Positions 11,180-21,977 of a DNA stretch of 64,000 nt are shown here, one piece after another. The translations under genes were made by a program, and so were the position numbers. Under the pieces are notes generated by a model that was given only the letters and a program-made list of their open reading frames with translations, had not been told where the DNA came from and made no database searches. Origin of the DNA: Candidatus Bathyarchaeota archaeon (GTDB lineage: Archaea; Thermoproteota; Bathyarchaeia; Bathyarchaeales; Bathycorpusculaceae); the NCBI GenBank assembly GCA_963811105.1, contig CAWEPZ010000011.1:96001-160000 (forward strand), given 5' to 3'. Numbering within the stretch: the first letter of the stretch is position 1; each line of letters begins with the position of its first letter.

Positions 11180-11584
11180 CTAAGCGCCATTTTTTTCACT
11201 CATTCTTATTAATGTAAGTTGGCTTAACAGTTGACCGATTTTGCTAGACATTTTTACGTTTTTCTGGGCGTTTCTTTCTTTTTCTCTGTGTTCGGCGACA
11301 TGAGCTTTGATTGCTCGATTCATCGCCTGTAAATCGGGTACAACTAGTATTTCGGCTCCGCATTCGCAATTAATGATTGGTAAATGTTTCTTCAAATGTG
11401 TATCTGCATCAACGTTGCTACCTTCTATAATGTTTTCAATTTTTGCTGCTTTAGTATGCAACATTTTCTGGATTCTCACATTTCTATTTCGACTCATATG
11501 AACTTGAAAATCTCCATCCACTAAATCTTGTGATAACCTATATGCAGGGGTCCTTTTTATGGTAATGTCTGTATAGCCTTCCAT
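11180..11584 (-). CDS. Hypothetical protein with putative Zn-binding motif (start uncertain)
   Basis: CECG...AIKAHVAEH motif. Confidence 0.5.
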   Translation of the reverse strand: MEGYTDITIKRTPAYRLSQDLVDGDFQVHMSRNRNVRIQKMLHTKAAKIENIIEGSNVDADTHLKKHLPIINCECGAEILVVPDLQAMNRAIKAHVAEHREKERNAQKNVKMSSKIGQLLSQLTLIRMSEKNGA

Positions 11585-11872
11585 CTACAAGGTTAAAGAT
11601 AACTTCAGCATGTATAACTAAAACTTCTGTTGATTTGCAAATGAAGGCCCTGATCTGGTAGATGTTGAATTTATAAGAATCACGTACAAATGTCCGAGTC
11701 AAAAAAACCTCCAGAAGAATAAGAGTTTTTAGCCTATTGAGGTTGCAGCTGTTTCCTTTGACTTCCTTAGTTTCATTAGCGGTGATGGCTTGACCTATAA
11801 TCAATTAATATTTATTTTTAGTTTTTAGAAGATGGCTTTACTTCAGTGGTGGAAGAAGTCGCCAAAAGTATT

Positions 11873-12766
11873 CTATTTTTTTGGCAAAAGTTCACTTAGT
11901 TCATAACTGGCTACGCAAACTACACTGTCTGCGCCGCCGTAATAGAGTAGGAGTTGGTTATCCAATATTACTTGTCCGCAGCTGAAGACTACGTTAGGAA
12001 CTTGTCCATAACGTTCATAGTCTTCAGTCGGTGTTAGAATTGGTTCTTCGGAGCGATAGAGAACTTGCTCGGGATTGTTCTTGTCAAGCAGCGCAACGCC
12101 GAGGGAATATACTTTTTCTGCACTAACTCCATGATAGATGAAAAGCCAGCCTTCATTTATTAGAATTGGCGGGCCTGCGGCGCCGACCTTCCAGGCATCC
12201 CAACTGTTTGAACTTGGACCTAAAACAAACTTTAAACTGTGCCATTGCTGAAGGTCATCCGAACGAGCTATGCAAATATCAGGGTCCATACGATGTAACA
12301 TCACGTATTCTCCTTTAACCTTTTGAGGAAATATTACTGCATCTTTATTGTGAATCCCGGGAAAGGCTAGATGCTTTTCGCTCCATTGCCATCTTCTAGC
12401 CAGAAAATCGGTCAAATTGATGGAAGTTAAACCTATTTGAAAGACTCTGTGTTTTAAATGCATTCCGAATGCAGTGTATGCCATAATCAATGAACCATCT
12501 ATCAAAGTTAAACGAGGATCCTCACACCCTTCTTTCTCACATTCGCTTAATGGACTAAAAACTGGAAAGGGTAAACGCTCATCAATATGATATCCGTCAT
12601 TAGAGGCAGCTAAGCCTATACGCGAAATATTGTCTGCACCTATTGCACGATAGAGAATGTGAACACGATTGTCTGCGGCGAACGCAGCTGCATTGAACAC
12701 TTGACGTGATTCCCACGCGTGATTCCCTATGCATTCAAGTATGGGATTATTTTTAAATCGGTTCAA
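11873..12766 (-). CDS. GH130-family glycosidase/phosphorylase (PH1107-like)
   Basis: NPIL..WES..VFNAAA, GCEDPRL, NKDAVIFP, YHGV, VPNVVFSCG, YYGGAD motifs. Confidence 0.9.
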   Translation of the reverse strand: MNRFKNNPILECIGNHAWESRQVFNAAAFAADNRVHILYRAIGADNISRIGLAASNDGYHIDERLPFPVFSPLSECEKEGCEDPRLTLIDGSLIMAYTAFGMHLKHRVFQIGLTSINLTDFLARRWQWSEKHLAFPGIHNKDAVIFPQKVKGEYVMLHRMDPDICIARSDDLQQWHSLKFVLGPSSNSWDAWKVGAAGPPILINEGWLFIYHGVSAEKVYSLGVALLDKNNPEQVLYRSEEPILTPTEDYERYGQVPNVVFSCGQVILDNQLLLYYGGADSVVCVASYELSELLPKK

Positions 12767-13375
12767 CTTCTTTGCTCAAATCCTATTGAGCAGCAAGTAA
12801 GACTCAAGACGCTTAACTGGCTTATGACTTAGCAATATGAATCCAAAATTCACGCCCAAAATAGAGAAACAGAATTAACGGCGCATCTTTAACAGCAAAG
12901 TAGGCAGGTAAACAAAAAATGCTGGTGCATGGCAATAAAACATTTCAGAATCGTTATCTCTGCAAATTTCATCTTCTTATGATTGTGAGCTATCTCTTAT
13001 TATTCAGGGTTTAAGCGGATTACGTGTTTGAATCTGTCTATAATTTGAGGTCACCCGTTTTGGTGTTGTTTTCAGTTAGACGTGATTCTTTTCCTCTTAT
13101 CTTTTCGCAGCTGAAGGAAGGTCGACAGGGCGAAGAGCGCAAACAATAGTGTTCTGAACAGTGCAACTTAGTAACCTGACATTGTTTTGACCTAATATAG
13201 TAAGAAGTTGCGATGTAATACCACTTGTCCGGTGTCCTCTTTATCAGAGCAAACAATCCTCCAGCTACATAATTCAATCAGTTTTGTTCAGGAAAGTCCA
13301 AGTCAGCCTCTTGAGCCGTTACGGCTTTATCTTTTGAATTCGCTCCCGCCGCTCTAAGTTTAGATCCTTATTCGT

Positions 13376-13570
13376 TGTTGCATTTCGAAAATAGCTTTTG
13401 AAAGTTCCTCCATGTGGTAACCCTCTAGCTGGCGAATCTTGCTTTTCGGAGAGACAGGGTTAGGGCGATCTCATTTGTTTTAGCAAGACTCGCCGATTGC
13501 CTCAAGAATAGGCCTAAATTATTTATTAGTAGTATGAATTTGATATTCATGTTTTTTAGTCAAACAATGA
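13376..13570. repeat. Dispersed ~190-bp element, copy 1 (hairpin plus palindrome)
   Basis: Similar to 22420-22617. Stem 13431-13443 pairs with 13482-13494; palindrome ATGAATTTGATATTCAT at 13534-13550. Confidence 0.8.
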
Positions 13571-13856
13571 AACCGGTGTCCCAACACCAATTGCTTAACT
13601 AATTCACAACTAGGTGCAGCCATATTGTCTTCAAAGACCAAGAAAGCCGTTTTTCAATATCGAACTTTTTTCATTTGAAATGTATTTTTTTAAAATATTG
13701 TTATTAACTAAGATATGTTTCTTTATAATAGTCCATGAGTTAATTCATCATGCGTATAAGTGTGTATCACCAAAATGGCAGTTGGAGAAGAGCGCATTAA
13801 CGCCAGCCATAATGGATTGTTGTTAATAGAAGTGCGCGCAAAAAAAAAGATCATGT

Positions 13857-14168
13857 ATGAGAAGATCTAAACTGGAAATACATGGGGATATTCTGAAAGT
13901 TTTGGCTCAACGCGGTCCGTTGAAAAAGACCCACATCATGTACAAGACTAACGTTAGTTGCAGCGTGCTGGATGGCTACCTTGCCTTCATGATTAAGCAA
14001 GGAGTGGTTGAGATGAGAATCATTAAAAGAGCAAGAAAAATATACGCGATAACGCAACGCGGGATTTCAGTGCTTAAACAGTTCAGAGAACTCGAGATAG
14101 AGTTGCCCATAGTTGAAGAAACAAGAGAGACCAAATACCCGCTCCTTCTAAAACACGTGCCGAGATGA
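13857..14168 (+). CDS. Small winged-helix DNA-binding protein (HTH_45-like), paralog of 10711-11031
   Basis: MRRSKLEI...GPLKKTHIMYKTNVS...YAITQRG. Confidence 0.85.
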   Translation: MRRSKLEIHGDILKVLAQRGPLKKTHIMYKTNVSCSVLDGYLAFMIKQGVVEMRIIKRARKIYAITQRGISVLKQFRELEIELPIVEETRETKYPLLLKHVPR

Positions 14169-15210
14169 AACTTTTTGAAAACAGGAATGAAAATAGATTC
14201 AATTCCGACGAAAATTATTGAACCCACGCTTCCTTATACTGTGGTAAGTAATAGAACCAGCAATGCGGGTTTTATATGTCGCCACTCAAAAGTGTCAATA
14301 TCTAGGCTAACAATTCTTTCAATTCTGTTTCTAATTAGGTAGTCTGAAAAGAGGCCAAGAGACGGACGGAAACGGTAGCAGGGCTTTTGGAGAAAGATGA
14401 CTCGTCTGGTGGGGCTCATATCTGTTTGTGGAAACTATAACTTTCAGTCCTGGTGCTTGGGATGAGCTATCTCCAAAATTAGAAACGTTCGCTACGAATA
14501 CTAACACTTACTTTGATGAATTGTGGGATCGCGACGAGCTAATTGCAGATTTATCCCTCCTTTCGCACTTCAATGAGCCAACACTTTGTCTTGAGGCGGC
14601 AAGAATGCCACATTTTTGAGCTCATAGTCGAAAATTTTGAGATAATTTCCAGGTCTACATTGGCGCCTTATCCAAAAACGATGGTCATACTCCCCATATC
14701 TCTAACTCTGGCGAATTTGTCAGGTGAGTAACAGCATTCGTCAAGTCAACGTAAGCTGTAAGCAACTTCGGCTGAAAATTTTTTCCGAAGTTTTTTACTA
14801 TGTCACGCAATAATGTTCAATGTGTTATCAATTGAGGCTACAGTTGCTTCAAAATAACTTTTACAATCCCTAAGTACAACAAGGAAATAGGCGTTAGAAA
14901 AGCGGGGAACTTAACCAAGGAAGATGGAGTTAATAATGCCTTATGTTATGGCAACGCGAATTAGTTTTAGAGTTCTATTGCCTTGCTGACCCTTATTCTG
15001 CACTATAATGTGTTATTTGTTAATTGGGTTTTGGACTTGTGCACTTCTTCCCTTAACTTCCATGATTTAGAAACAGCTTTTATTGTCGAAGAAAGAGAGA
15101 GTTTACCATTTTGACTAACAAATATCAAAAATGAAGCTTTAGATTAACTATGGTGTAGTCTTCTTTTTCTTTAGGTTGAGAAAGCAGACTTTTGCTTTCT
15201 ATCATTTGTA

Positions 15211-15576
15211 CTATTTTGAGGTATAATTGCTATAGATTGAGGCGTGGGGATTCTCGTTCTCTCGTCTCTCAGCAGTGTCTTTCATTTCTTCAACAGCTTG
15301 GTTAATACTTGTCACGGGTAACAAGTTCCCCAAAACGATAGAGCGTGATAATAGCTCAATTTGTTCATTAACTGCGCTGACCTTAATCTCGAGAATTGTC
15401 ATCTTTTTATCTGTCACATAAAGTTCTATGACACAGTCTTTAGGGTGCTCTTCCGGAGTCCCGCGGACAAGTATTGCGTAATAATCATGTTTTCCCCTTG
15501 AAAAGAGGCTTCCATCTGAGTCAACGGAGGTCCAATTTAGTTTCGCCAATTGCTTTCTCTCACTTGCTTTTTGCAC
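15211..15576 (-). CDS. Hypothetical protein
   Basis: 121-aa ORF with natural composition; no family recognised. Confidence 0.5.
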   Translation of the reverse strand: MQKASERKQLAKLNWTSVDSDGSLFSRGKHDYYAILVRGTPEEHPKDCVIELYVTDKKMTILEIKVSAVNEQIELLSRSIVLGNLLPVTSINQAVEEMKDTAERRENENPHASIYSNYTSK

Positions 15577-16143
15577 TCTTTAGGTGATTGTTGAAGTCTT
15601 TTCGCTTCATGCCTTCAGGTCATCTGTCCTATTTGTAATATAGGGGGTTTTCTTTTTAAGTTAAACAGAAATTAACGCATTATCAAAATCAGGATTAAAA
15701 CTTTGAGATTCAAAAAAGCATGGAAAATCCGTTGAAAGAAAAGAATTAAGGATGGTTCACCCAGCTCAAACATCGCCTAATGGATTATTACCACAAATAG
15801 TGGTGAGATTGAAGTTCTCAACTAGGAAAATTGGTTTGCAAAAGGATTTATTTCCTTAATTGTTTAACTTTTTTCCAAGGCACTTCTGTTTTTATTTCTT
15901 TACCATTTTCATCCTTGCGAGTCATAGCCGTTGTTTCTTTTCTATTTACATCACGTTTTATTTCAAAACTTGCGTTTCACAAACCAAAAAACAATAAGAG
16001 AGGCGTTATATTCGTTTCATTCGTCATGTTCAAGATGTTCGTTTCAAAATTAAAGAGGAAACAGAAAAACCTGACATTGTCCGATTGCTGAGGTATAACG
16101 GCTTATGAAAGGCACAAAACTGTGAAGGAGTTGGAAGCAATCA

Positions 16144-16971
16144 TTGGGTAAAGATAACATTATTTTAGGAACTTGCGGTTGGAGTTATAAAGAATGGGAA
16201 GGGAATTTCTACGAAAAAAGAACCGGACAAAGTAAACTCAGAGCTTACTCCAGAGTCTTCAAAACTGCTGAAATAGATTCTACTTTCTACCGCAATCCTT
16301 CTAAAGGAACAGTTATGGGGTGGCTAAAGTATTCACCAAGTAATTTTGTGTTTACTGCTAAACTACCTAAAACAATAACGCACGACAATATGCTTGGTTT
16401 AAAGAAAGACGTTAAGACTAATTTAGAAGTGTTCTTGGATTTAATGAGACCTCTTCAGCTAGGTGGAAAACTAGCGTGTTTACTCATACAGTTACCACCA
16501 AAGTACTCATATAATCCAGAGAATCTTGAAGGATTCTTCAAATTGCTTGACCCAATGTTTAGGTATGCGGTAGAATTTAGAAATGTAACATGGTTGCTTC
16601 CTTATACTTTGACTTTTAAGCTCTTGGAGCAATATCGGATAGCTTACACCATTGTTGATGAACCGCTTCTTCCGCCAGAAGTGCACGTGACTACTGATTT
16701 TGCTTATTTCAGGTGGCATGGCAAAGGAGAAGACATCTGGTTCGACTACAGGTATAATGAGAAAGAGTTAGATGCTTGGATTCCAAAAGTGCAAGAGACT
16801 TCTAACAAAGTCAAGAAAGTGTATGGTTACTTTAACAATCACTTTCATGGTTATGCACCAGAAAACTGTCTACAGCTAATCGAAAAACTAGGATTGACAA
16901 CTGAGGGACAAAAGAAAGCGAGTGCGAAAAATACTATTAAACAATCCCAACTGGGATCATTCTTTAGTTAA
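16144..16971 (+). CDS. DUF72 (YecE-like) protein
   Basis: GTCGWSY..W, EIDSTFY, LIQLPP, AVEFR, YFRWHG, YFNNH motifs. Confidence 0.92.
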   Translation: MGKDNIILGTCGWSYKEWEGNFYEKRTGQSKLRAYSRVFKTAEIDSTFYRNPSKGTVMGWLKYSPSNFVFTAKLPKTITHDNMLGLKKDVKTNLEVFLDLMRPLQLGGKLACLLIQLPPKYSYNPENLEGFFKLLDPMFRYAVEFRNVTWLLPYTLTFKLLEQYRIAYTIVDEPLLPPEVHVTTDFAYFRWHGKGEDIWFDYRYNEKELDAWIPKVQETSNKVKKVYGYFNNHFHGYAPENCLQLIEKLGLTTEGQKKASAKNTIKQSQLGSFFS

Positions 16972-17077
16972 GGCTTTCACCGAAAATAGTGCATTCAAGT
17001 GGAAGTATGTGCTGAAACTTTTTAATAGAATTATAATAGTGATTGAAGTATAATATGGATAAACGGATGATGAAAGC

Positions 17078-17251
17078 ATGAATAAAAAAGAATCTTGTAT
17101 TAATACTGACTACACTAGTGGTTTTAAAATTACTGTGGATAGTGATGGGAATTTCGTTGCGGTTAGAGGCAAAAATAAGCTTAAAGCTCAATCTGCGCAG
17201 GAAATAAACGAATTGATAAAGAACTTTAACAAAGAACATAAGGCAACATAA
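17078..17251 (+). CDS. 57-aa hypothetical protein (below track cutoff)
   Basis: Manually translated MNKKESCINTDYTSGFKITVDSDGNFVAVRGK... Confidence 0.4.
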   Translation: MNKKESCINTDYTSGFKITVDSDGNFVAVRGKNKLKAQSAQEINELIKNFNKEHKAT

Positions 17252-17274
17252 GAAAACAGGAATATTTTGTTTAG

Positions 17275-17620
17275 CGTCAAAATGCTATGTCAATGCGACT
17301 TCACCCGAAAACTTAACCATACAAAAATGCTTATCCTAACCTTAGAGTTTACCCGAACAAAGCAGAAACTATCGAGAAACTATGTGGTTCGAGAAGCAAT
17401 CAACAGAAAAGAAACCTTATGACAACTTCTTTAGTAACTGACGTCGCAAAAAAACGCAGAGCTTCAAAACTTGAAGTCTCAAATGGAAGAATTACAAAAT
17501 GATGCTTTCAGCGCCGAGGATAAAGAACAATTAAAGTTGCTGCTATTAGGATTAAAAGCTGAGAAACTGCACCTCAAAAATCAAATATTCATGTCTAAAT
17601 TCAAAATACTATTAGATTGT
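17275..17620 (+). pseudogene. Probable C-terminal remnant of a tyrosine integrase
   Basis: Across frameshifts reads CYVNATSPENL / YKNAYPNLRVY / NAELQNLKSQMEELQ, like the post-catalytic-Tyr segment and coiled-coil tail of archaeal integrases. Confidence 0.4.
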
Positions 17621-17710
17621 GTATAACGTGAAATTAACTAAAAAAGAACTAAAGAAACTACGAGAACAAGCTAAAGACCGGGCCTTACTTATAGACTTAT
17701 AGACTATTTC

Positions 17711-17869
17711 TTAAATCAAAATCTCTCTGCTCTCTGTAATGAAAGAGAGACAAGTTTGAGGCGTATATTTCTCAACGAAATTATTACATTTCCCAGACTC
17801 TGGCCAATGATCACAATAGTAGTCTCCGAGGTGAAATTTAGCACAGGATTTAAAGCTTCTACATGTCAT
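17711..17869 (-). CDS. 52-aa Cys-rich microprotein
   Basis: MTCRSFKSCAKFHLGDYYCDHWPESGKCNNF...; manually translated. Confidence 0.4.
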   Translation of the reverse strand: MTCRSFKSCAKFHLGDYYCDHWPESGKCNNFVEKYTPQTCLSFITESREILI

Positions 17870-18001
17870 TCTAACCACTGCTCCTCAACATTTGGTATTG
17901 AGTGCGTCATTTAAGCGATGTTTCAATCTTGAAATATATCAGGAAGAATTAGGGTTGATGAATTTTGGATAAGCATTAAATCTTATATTTAGTTTGAGGT
18001 T

Positions 18002-18127
18002 TTAGCTGTCGACTAGATGAGCTGTGCCATCAGGGCAAAAGACTTTTTCGCCTATAGTTACTTTTCCAAAACGTTGTTTGCATTCACATATCATTTTGGA
18101 GCAGCCGTCGCAATCGCGTGATAACAA
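18002..18127 (-). CDS. 41-aa Cys-rich microprotein
   Basis: TTG start; LSRDCDGCSKMICECKQRFG...FCPDGTAHLVDS. Confidence 0.4.
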   Translation of the reverse strand: MLSRDCDGCSKMICECKQRFGKVTIGEKVFCPDGTAHLVDS

Positions 18128-18430
18128 TTTGTTTTTTTCGCCTCTCTTTCAGTTTTAACATGAAATTAGAAGTTAATCAAAGAAATAAGGCTTATATATC
18201 CATAATCTGAATTGGTGATCAATAGTAAAGTAAACTTTCCAACATCTTCTTTTCGCTTAGTAATAAGTTGTCTTTCAAGTATTCATTTTCTAAAATTAAT
18301 TCGGGGTTCTTTGTTTCTATTTTTATAATAGCTTTCAGTAATGAGTTTTGTTCATCTTTCTTAATTGTTACTCTCTAAAGTAGATTGAGCCATATTCTCG
18401 ATAGAGAGTTAAGGTTTTTTTGGAGCCTCT

Positions 18431-18763
18431 TTATTCTTGGTCATCCTTAACTAGCAGCTTTGCTGCCAATTTCAATTGCTCAAATGCTTCTTTAACTTTA
18501 ATATTATGCTCTAAAGCTGGGTTCTGCTCTAAGGCCTTATCCAAAGTAGAAAGGTCCTTTTGCACTTCAATTAAAAATACTTCCCGATACAGCTTCAAAA
18601 CCCGTACAGCCGGCAAAGCATAAATCTGATCATCAGTGAATCCTTCTCGACGCAACTTTGCCAATATTTCAATTTCAATGTTGATGATAGTTGGATTATT
18701 GGTTACCTTTTCCCCTTTAATGTACTCATCAAAAGTCATGTCGTCCATTTTCTTATCTGACAT
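18431..18763 (-). CDS. Hypothetical helical protein
   Basis: 110-aa ORF with ATG start, co-oriented with neighbouring micro-ORFs. Confidence 0.55.
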   Translation of the reverse strand: MSDKKMDDMTFDEYIKGEKVTNNPTIINIEIEILAKLRREGFTDDQIYALPAVRVLKLYREVFLIEVQKDLSTLDKALEQNPALEHNIKVKEAFEQLKLAAKLLVKDDQE

Positions 18764-18833
18764 TATTAAGCGCCTTCAACCTTAGCAAAAAACTAAGCGT
18801 AACATATTTTTTAGCCAAAAGAACGTCTATTCC

Positions 18834-19010
18834 TTACTTGTCAAGTTCTTCTCTTAGAACAAGAATAGTAGGATACTCAATTGAATGACCTGATTTATCA
18901 CTCACTTTAGGATGACCCTTCTTACATCTCATCCCATATCTTGTCTTGGCTGCATTTTCCCAAACCTTTTCCGTTGGTCCACCACATACCGTGCACTTAA
19001 AATCTTTCAT
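18834..19010 (-). CDS. 58-aa zinc-ribbon microprotein
   Basis: MKDFKCTVCGG...MRCKKGH (CxxC...CxxxH); GGTGA upstream. Confidence 0.55.
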   Translation of the reverse strand: MKDFKCTVCGGPTEKVWENAAKTRYGMRCKKGHPKVSDKSGHSIEYPTILVLREELDK

Positions 19011-19207
19011 ATATTTTCACCCATACCAAAAAAAATTATTCCGATAAAGTCAAAGTTGATTATATCGTAATTATGTCTTTCCAATTCTTTTCTCTCCTTT
19101 AACGTTATGTTGACTTGTTTTTTTAAGTCTTCCTACCACAAAGAAAAAGAGTTGAGGCTTTTTCGGTTTCGGAACCATAAAATCGGGGGTTAATTTTTTT
19201 CGTTGAA

Positions 19208-19330
19208 TTAAGCGTGAAGTTGTTGAGGTTCCATGCCGAAGTAATGCTTTGTATGGCAATCTTCTTTTGGACATCCTTCACAGCTACTAAAGTTTGCTTT
19301 CTGACATGGTATTGTATAAGCGCGATCCAT
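19208..19330 (-). CDS. 40-aa Cys/His-rich microprotein
   Basis: MDRAYTIPCQKANFSSCEGCPKEDCHTKHYFG...; purine-rich sequence upstream. Confidence 0.4.
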   Translation of the reverse strand: MDRAYTIPCQKANFSSCEGCPKEDCHTKHYFGMEPQQLHA

Positions 19331-19522
19331 CTTGTCACTTCCTTTTCCTTCATTATATCATATAGTGTGTCTTGACATAGAAGAGACATGCTTAAAAGCT
19401 TTACTAAACAGGGATACTGTTAAGTCAAGTTACCTACTGATAGCTCTATTAGAGAATTAGAAACTTGCGGAACCGAATTTGAAGAGTGGGAAGTAACTTG
19501 AATTCTTCTGCTACTTGAGACC

Positions 19523-19930
19523 TCACCCGCACCCCCATTTTTTCTTACTGAATGTCAAGTTTTATTTCTCGCCGTCTTTTTTTAAGAATAACCACGGTTG
19601 CACCTATTGACGCGAAAGCAACAACTATTATGATCGCATAAACTAATGAATTTTCTGAAGATTGAGGTTTTGGCGTTGAAGTGATTTGTGACGAAGGCGA
19701 AGACAGCGGTGGTTGGCTTGGATTTGGAATTGGGGTTGGAATTAAAGTTGAGAAGGGCGTGGAAGCAGGCGTTGACGAGGGGGGTTGCGTTGGGTTTGGC
19801 GAAGGAGTTGAAGATGGACTTGGAGAAGGAGATAATGGATTAACATTAGGTCTAAGAAGATAGATTTCTCCGCTAAGAGAACAGAAGTAAAGCTCGTTTT
19901 TCTCATCTACGCGAAATCTGCAATGTCAGC
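19523..19930 (-). pseudogene. C-terminal fragment of a membrane-anchored GSDH-like beta-propeller protein
   Basis: VDEKNELYFCSLSGEIYLL, then Pro/Ser/Thr linker, TM helix and KKRRR stop-transfer; no start codon. Confidence 0.55.
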
Positions 19931-20078
19931 AATTTAGGAATACAGGCGCTCCAATATTAATTTCACAATGGAGTAGAATTAGAACACCTGGGCAAATTGA
20001 GCTCAGCATAGATTTGGTTTTCCTTCAGCACGAATTGTAACAAATAACATTAAAAACAACTAATAACAAGATGTACCT

Positions 20079-20369
20079 ATGAGCGACCAAAATAATCGCG
20101 TCTATGTGCTTGTCGAGATTCAACCTGGGAAGGAACGAGAGTTCGTCGATGAGATGTTGTCTAAGGGATTGATTGTAGACTCTAAAGTAGAACGGATGGA
20201 TCTTGTTCATGGAGCTTTCGACTTTGCCATAATGCTTCAGGGAAAAATGGAAAACATAGATCGCAGGATAATTGAACTGAGAAAATCTTCATTTGTGCGA
20301 AAGACAGAAACTCTTGTCAGTTTTGGAATGTTTCCATGGGAAGACCTATCGGGCCGATTAAACGAATAA
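20079..20369 (+). CDS. Stand-alone Lrp/AsnC ligand-binding (RAM) domain protein
   Basis: VYVLVEIQPGKE...VHGAFDF...VRKTETL pattern, no HTH. Confidence 0.75.
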   Translation: MSDQNNRVYVLVEIQPGKEREFVDEMLSKGLIVDSKVERMDLVHGAFDFAIMLQGKMENIDRRIIELRKSSFVRKTETLVSFGMFPWEDLSGRLNE

Positions 20370-21098
20370 CCCAAATCAGCACGCATACACGCATAAATAA
20401 ACTTGAAAATTAATTATCGTTAGCGCACGGTAAAGTTTGAATCAAGAATCAGTTGTGGAGCTGGGATGGGAGTTTGATTTGAGGTTCGATTTCCTTCCAG
20501 TTTAGGGTTCAAAAAAAGCTTGCTTAGGCAATTACCTTGGATCCTCCAGTTGCCAAACCGACTTATCAAAAATGAGCATCAAACATACTTATAACAAGGC
20601 ACATGTTTGCCATTGAAGGGGGGTTGGATTTGAACTCCTTCACCCGAGAGATGGAGATGTCATCCGCTTTCCCCTTTCTTACGCTTCTGTCTATCGAGTA
20701 ATGTAGGTGGTTAAGTTTGTTACCAAGTGTCAATTTGATGTTTGCCTAAAGACCGTTCTGGGAGTTTAGGAGGATAGAGCTTTGTTATTGCTCCAGAATG
20801 TTAGGTTTGGTTTGTGTGGTATTTGTGGTTGAGCCTAAGCGGCGTGCAGTCATAATCTCTTTTTTTCTCAGCATTTTTAATGCTTTCTTCATAACAATCG
20901 ATTACGCTCAAATAGAATTATCATATTTTCTTGTCAATTTTTGGTCTTACAGTTTGGGAATATGGCGTCAGACGCAATAATGACTATTATACATAAAGAC
21001 TATCGAGACTTAAGTAAAATGAAAATGGACAGTTAGAAAATGAAAAGGAAATGCTACTTCGTTTCTATGAACACTTTAAGCCAAATAGGTAACGAGAA

Positions 21099-21707
21099 GT
21101 GATTGGGTTGACTGCCTCTGAACAAAAATTGCGTTTTCTAATAGTCTTCGCTGTCATATACGGATTAGTGTTCATAAATTATATTGATATTATCTCTCCC
21201 GGAGGTTCAGAGAGTGGTTACCATTTATGGCTAACTTTAATGTATTTCTTGCCATTTATCGGTTTGTCAATATCTAATTTGAAGAACTGGAAGCTAACTG
21301 TCGCGTTGGGACTCATCGCTTCGCTCATGAATGACGTATTCTGCCTATTAGTTATGTATTTTATGGGTTTTCACGTCAATTTGGTTAGCAAATATTCCCT
21401 GTGGCTTATTCCTCAAAACACAGTGCTTTTCAATTTGAACTTAGGTTTTGCAGTTATACCCGTTGCATCCTGGATGATGGCTTTTTCTATTTACGCAAGA
21501 ATCGCAATAACATTCGTTATGCTAAAACGTTGGAACATTCCATTGACTAATCTTAAAATACCCCTGCATAGCGCAATAAGCAAGGAACCCTTCAAGAAAA
21601 TAGAGACACAATTCTTTTCTCTTTGTTATTCAATTACTCCAATGAGCCGCCGACTTTTCTTGTTTTTGCTAAGCATTCTATCAAAATATATCAACTTTAA
21701 CATTTAA
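21099..21707 (+). CDS. Uncharacterised membrane protein
   Basis: About 4 TM segments; YHLW and SLMND motifs. Confidence 0.55.
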   Translation: MIGLTASEQKLRFLIVFAVIYGLVFINYIDIISPGGSESGYHLWLTLMYFLPFIGLSISNLKNWKLTVALGLIASLMNDVFCLLVMYFMGFHVNLVSKYSLWLIPQNTVLFNLNLGFAVIPVASWMMAFSIYARIAITFVMLKRWNIPLTNLKIPLHSAISKEPFKKIETQFFSLCYSITPMSRRLFLFLLSILSKYINFNI

Positions 21708-21977
21708 TATTGTACGAGTTATGTTGGAGTCATTTTTTCTTAGAATTGAGATATTAATCCAGAAGTAGTACCAAGTGAAATGCTAAGATATCTTTCAATT
21801 GCGTACGAGGTTGTCCTAAATTAGTAAAAAAAGTCATAACTCGCCTTTTTGGATCTTTGACATGTTTTCTGTTTTCATTCAGATTCCATGCTTTGGAACA
21901 CGATTTGAACGCAAAAAGATGGCTTTTTATTTCTTTTAACCAGTTTAGGGTTAAGGCAGCGTGCAATCCTGTTTTGG

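Noticed and set aside
11780-11845. Fluoride riboswitch-like GGTGATGG start
   Set aside because: The pairing and pseudoknot elements are not present.
14234-14780. Overlapping short ORFs on both strands
   Set aside because: No recognisable motif in any frame; may be decayed coding DNA but cannot be assigned.
19681-19863. Gly-rich plus-strand ORF
   Set aside because: Antisense shadow of the Pro/Ser/Thr linker on the minus strand.
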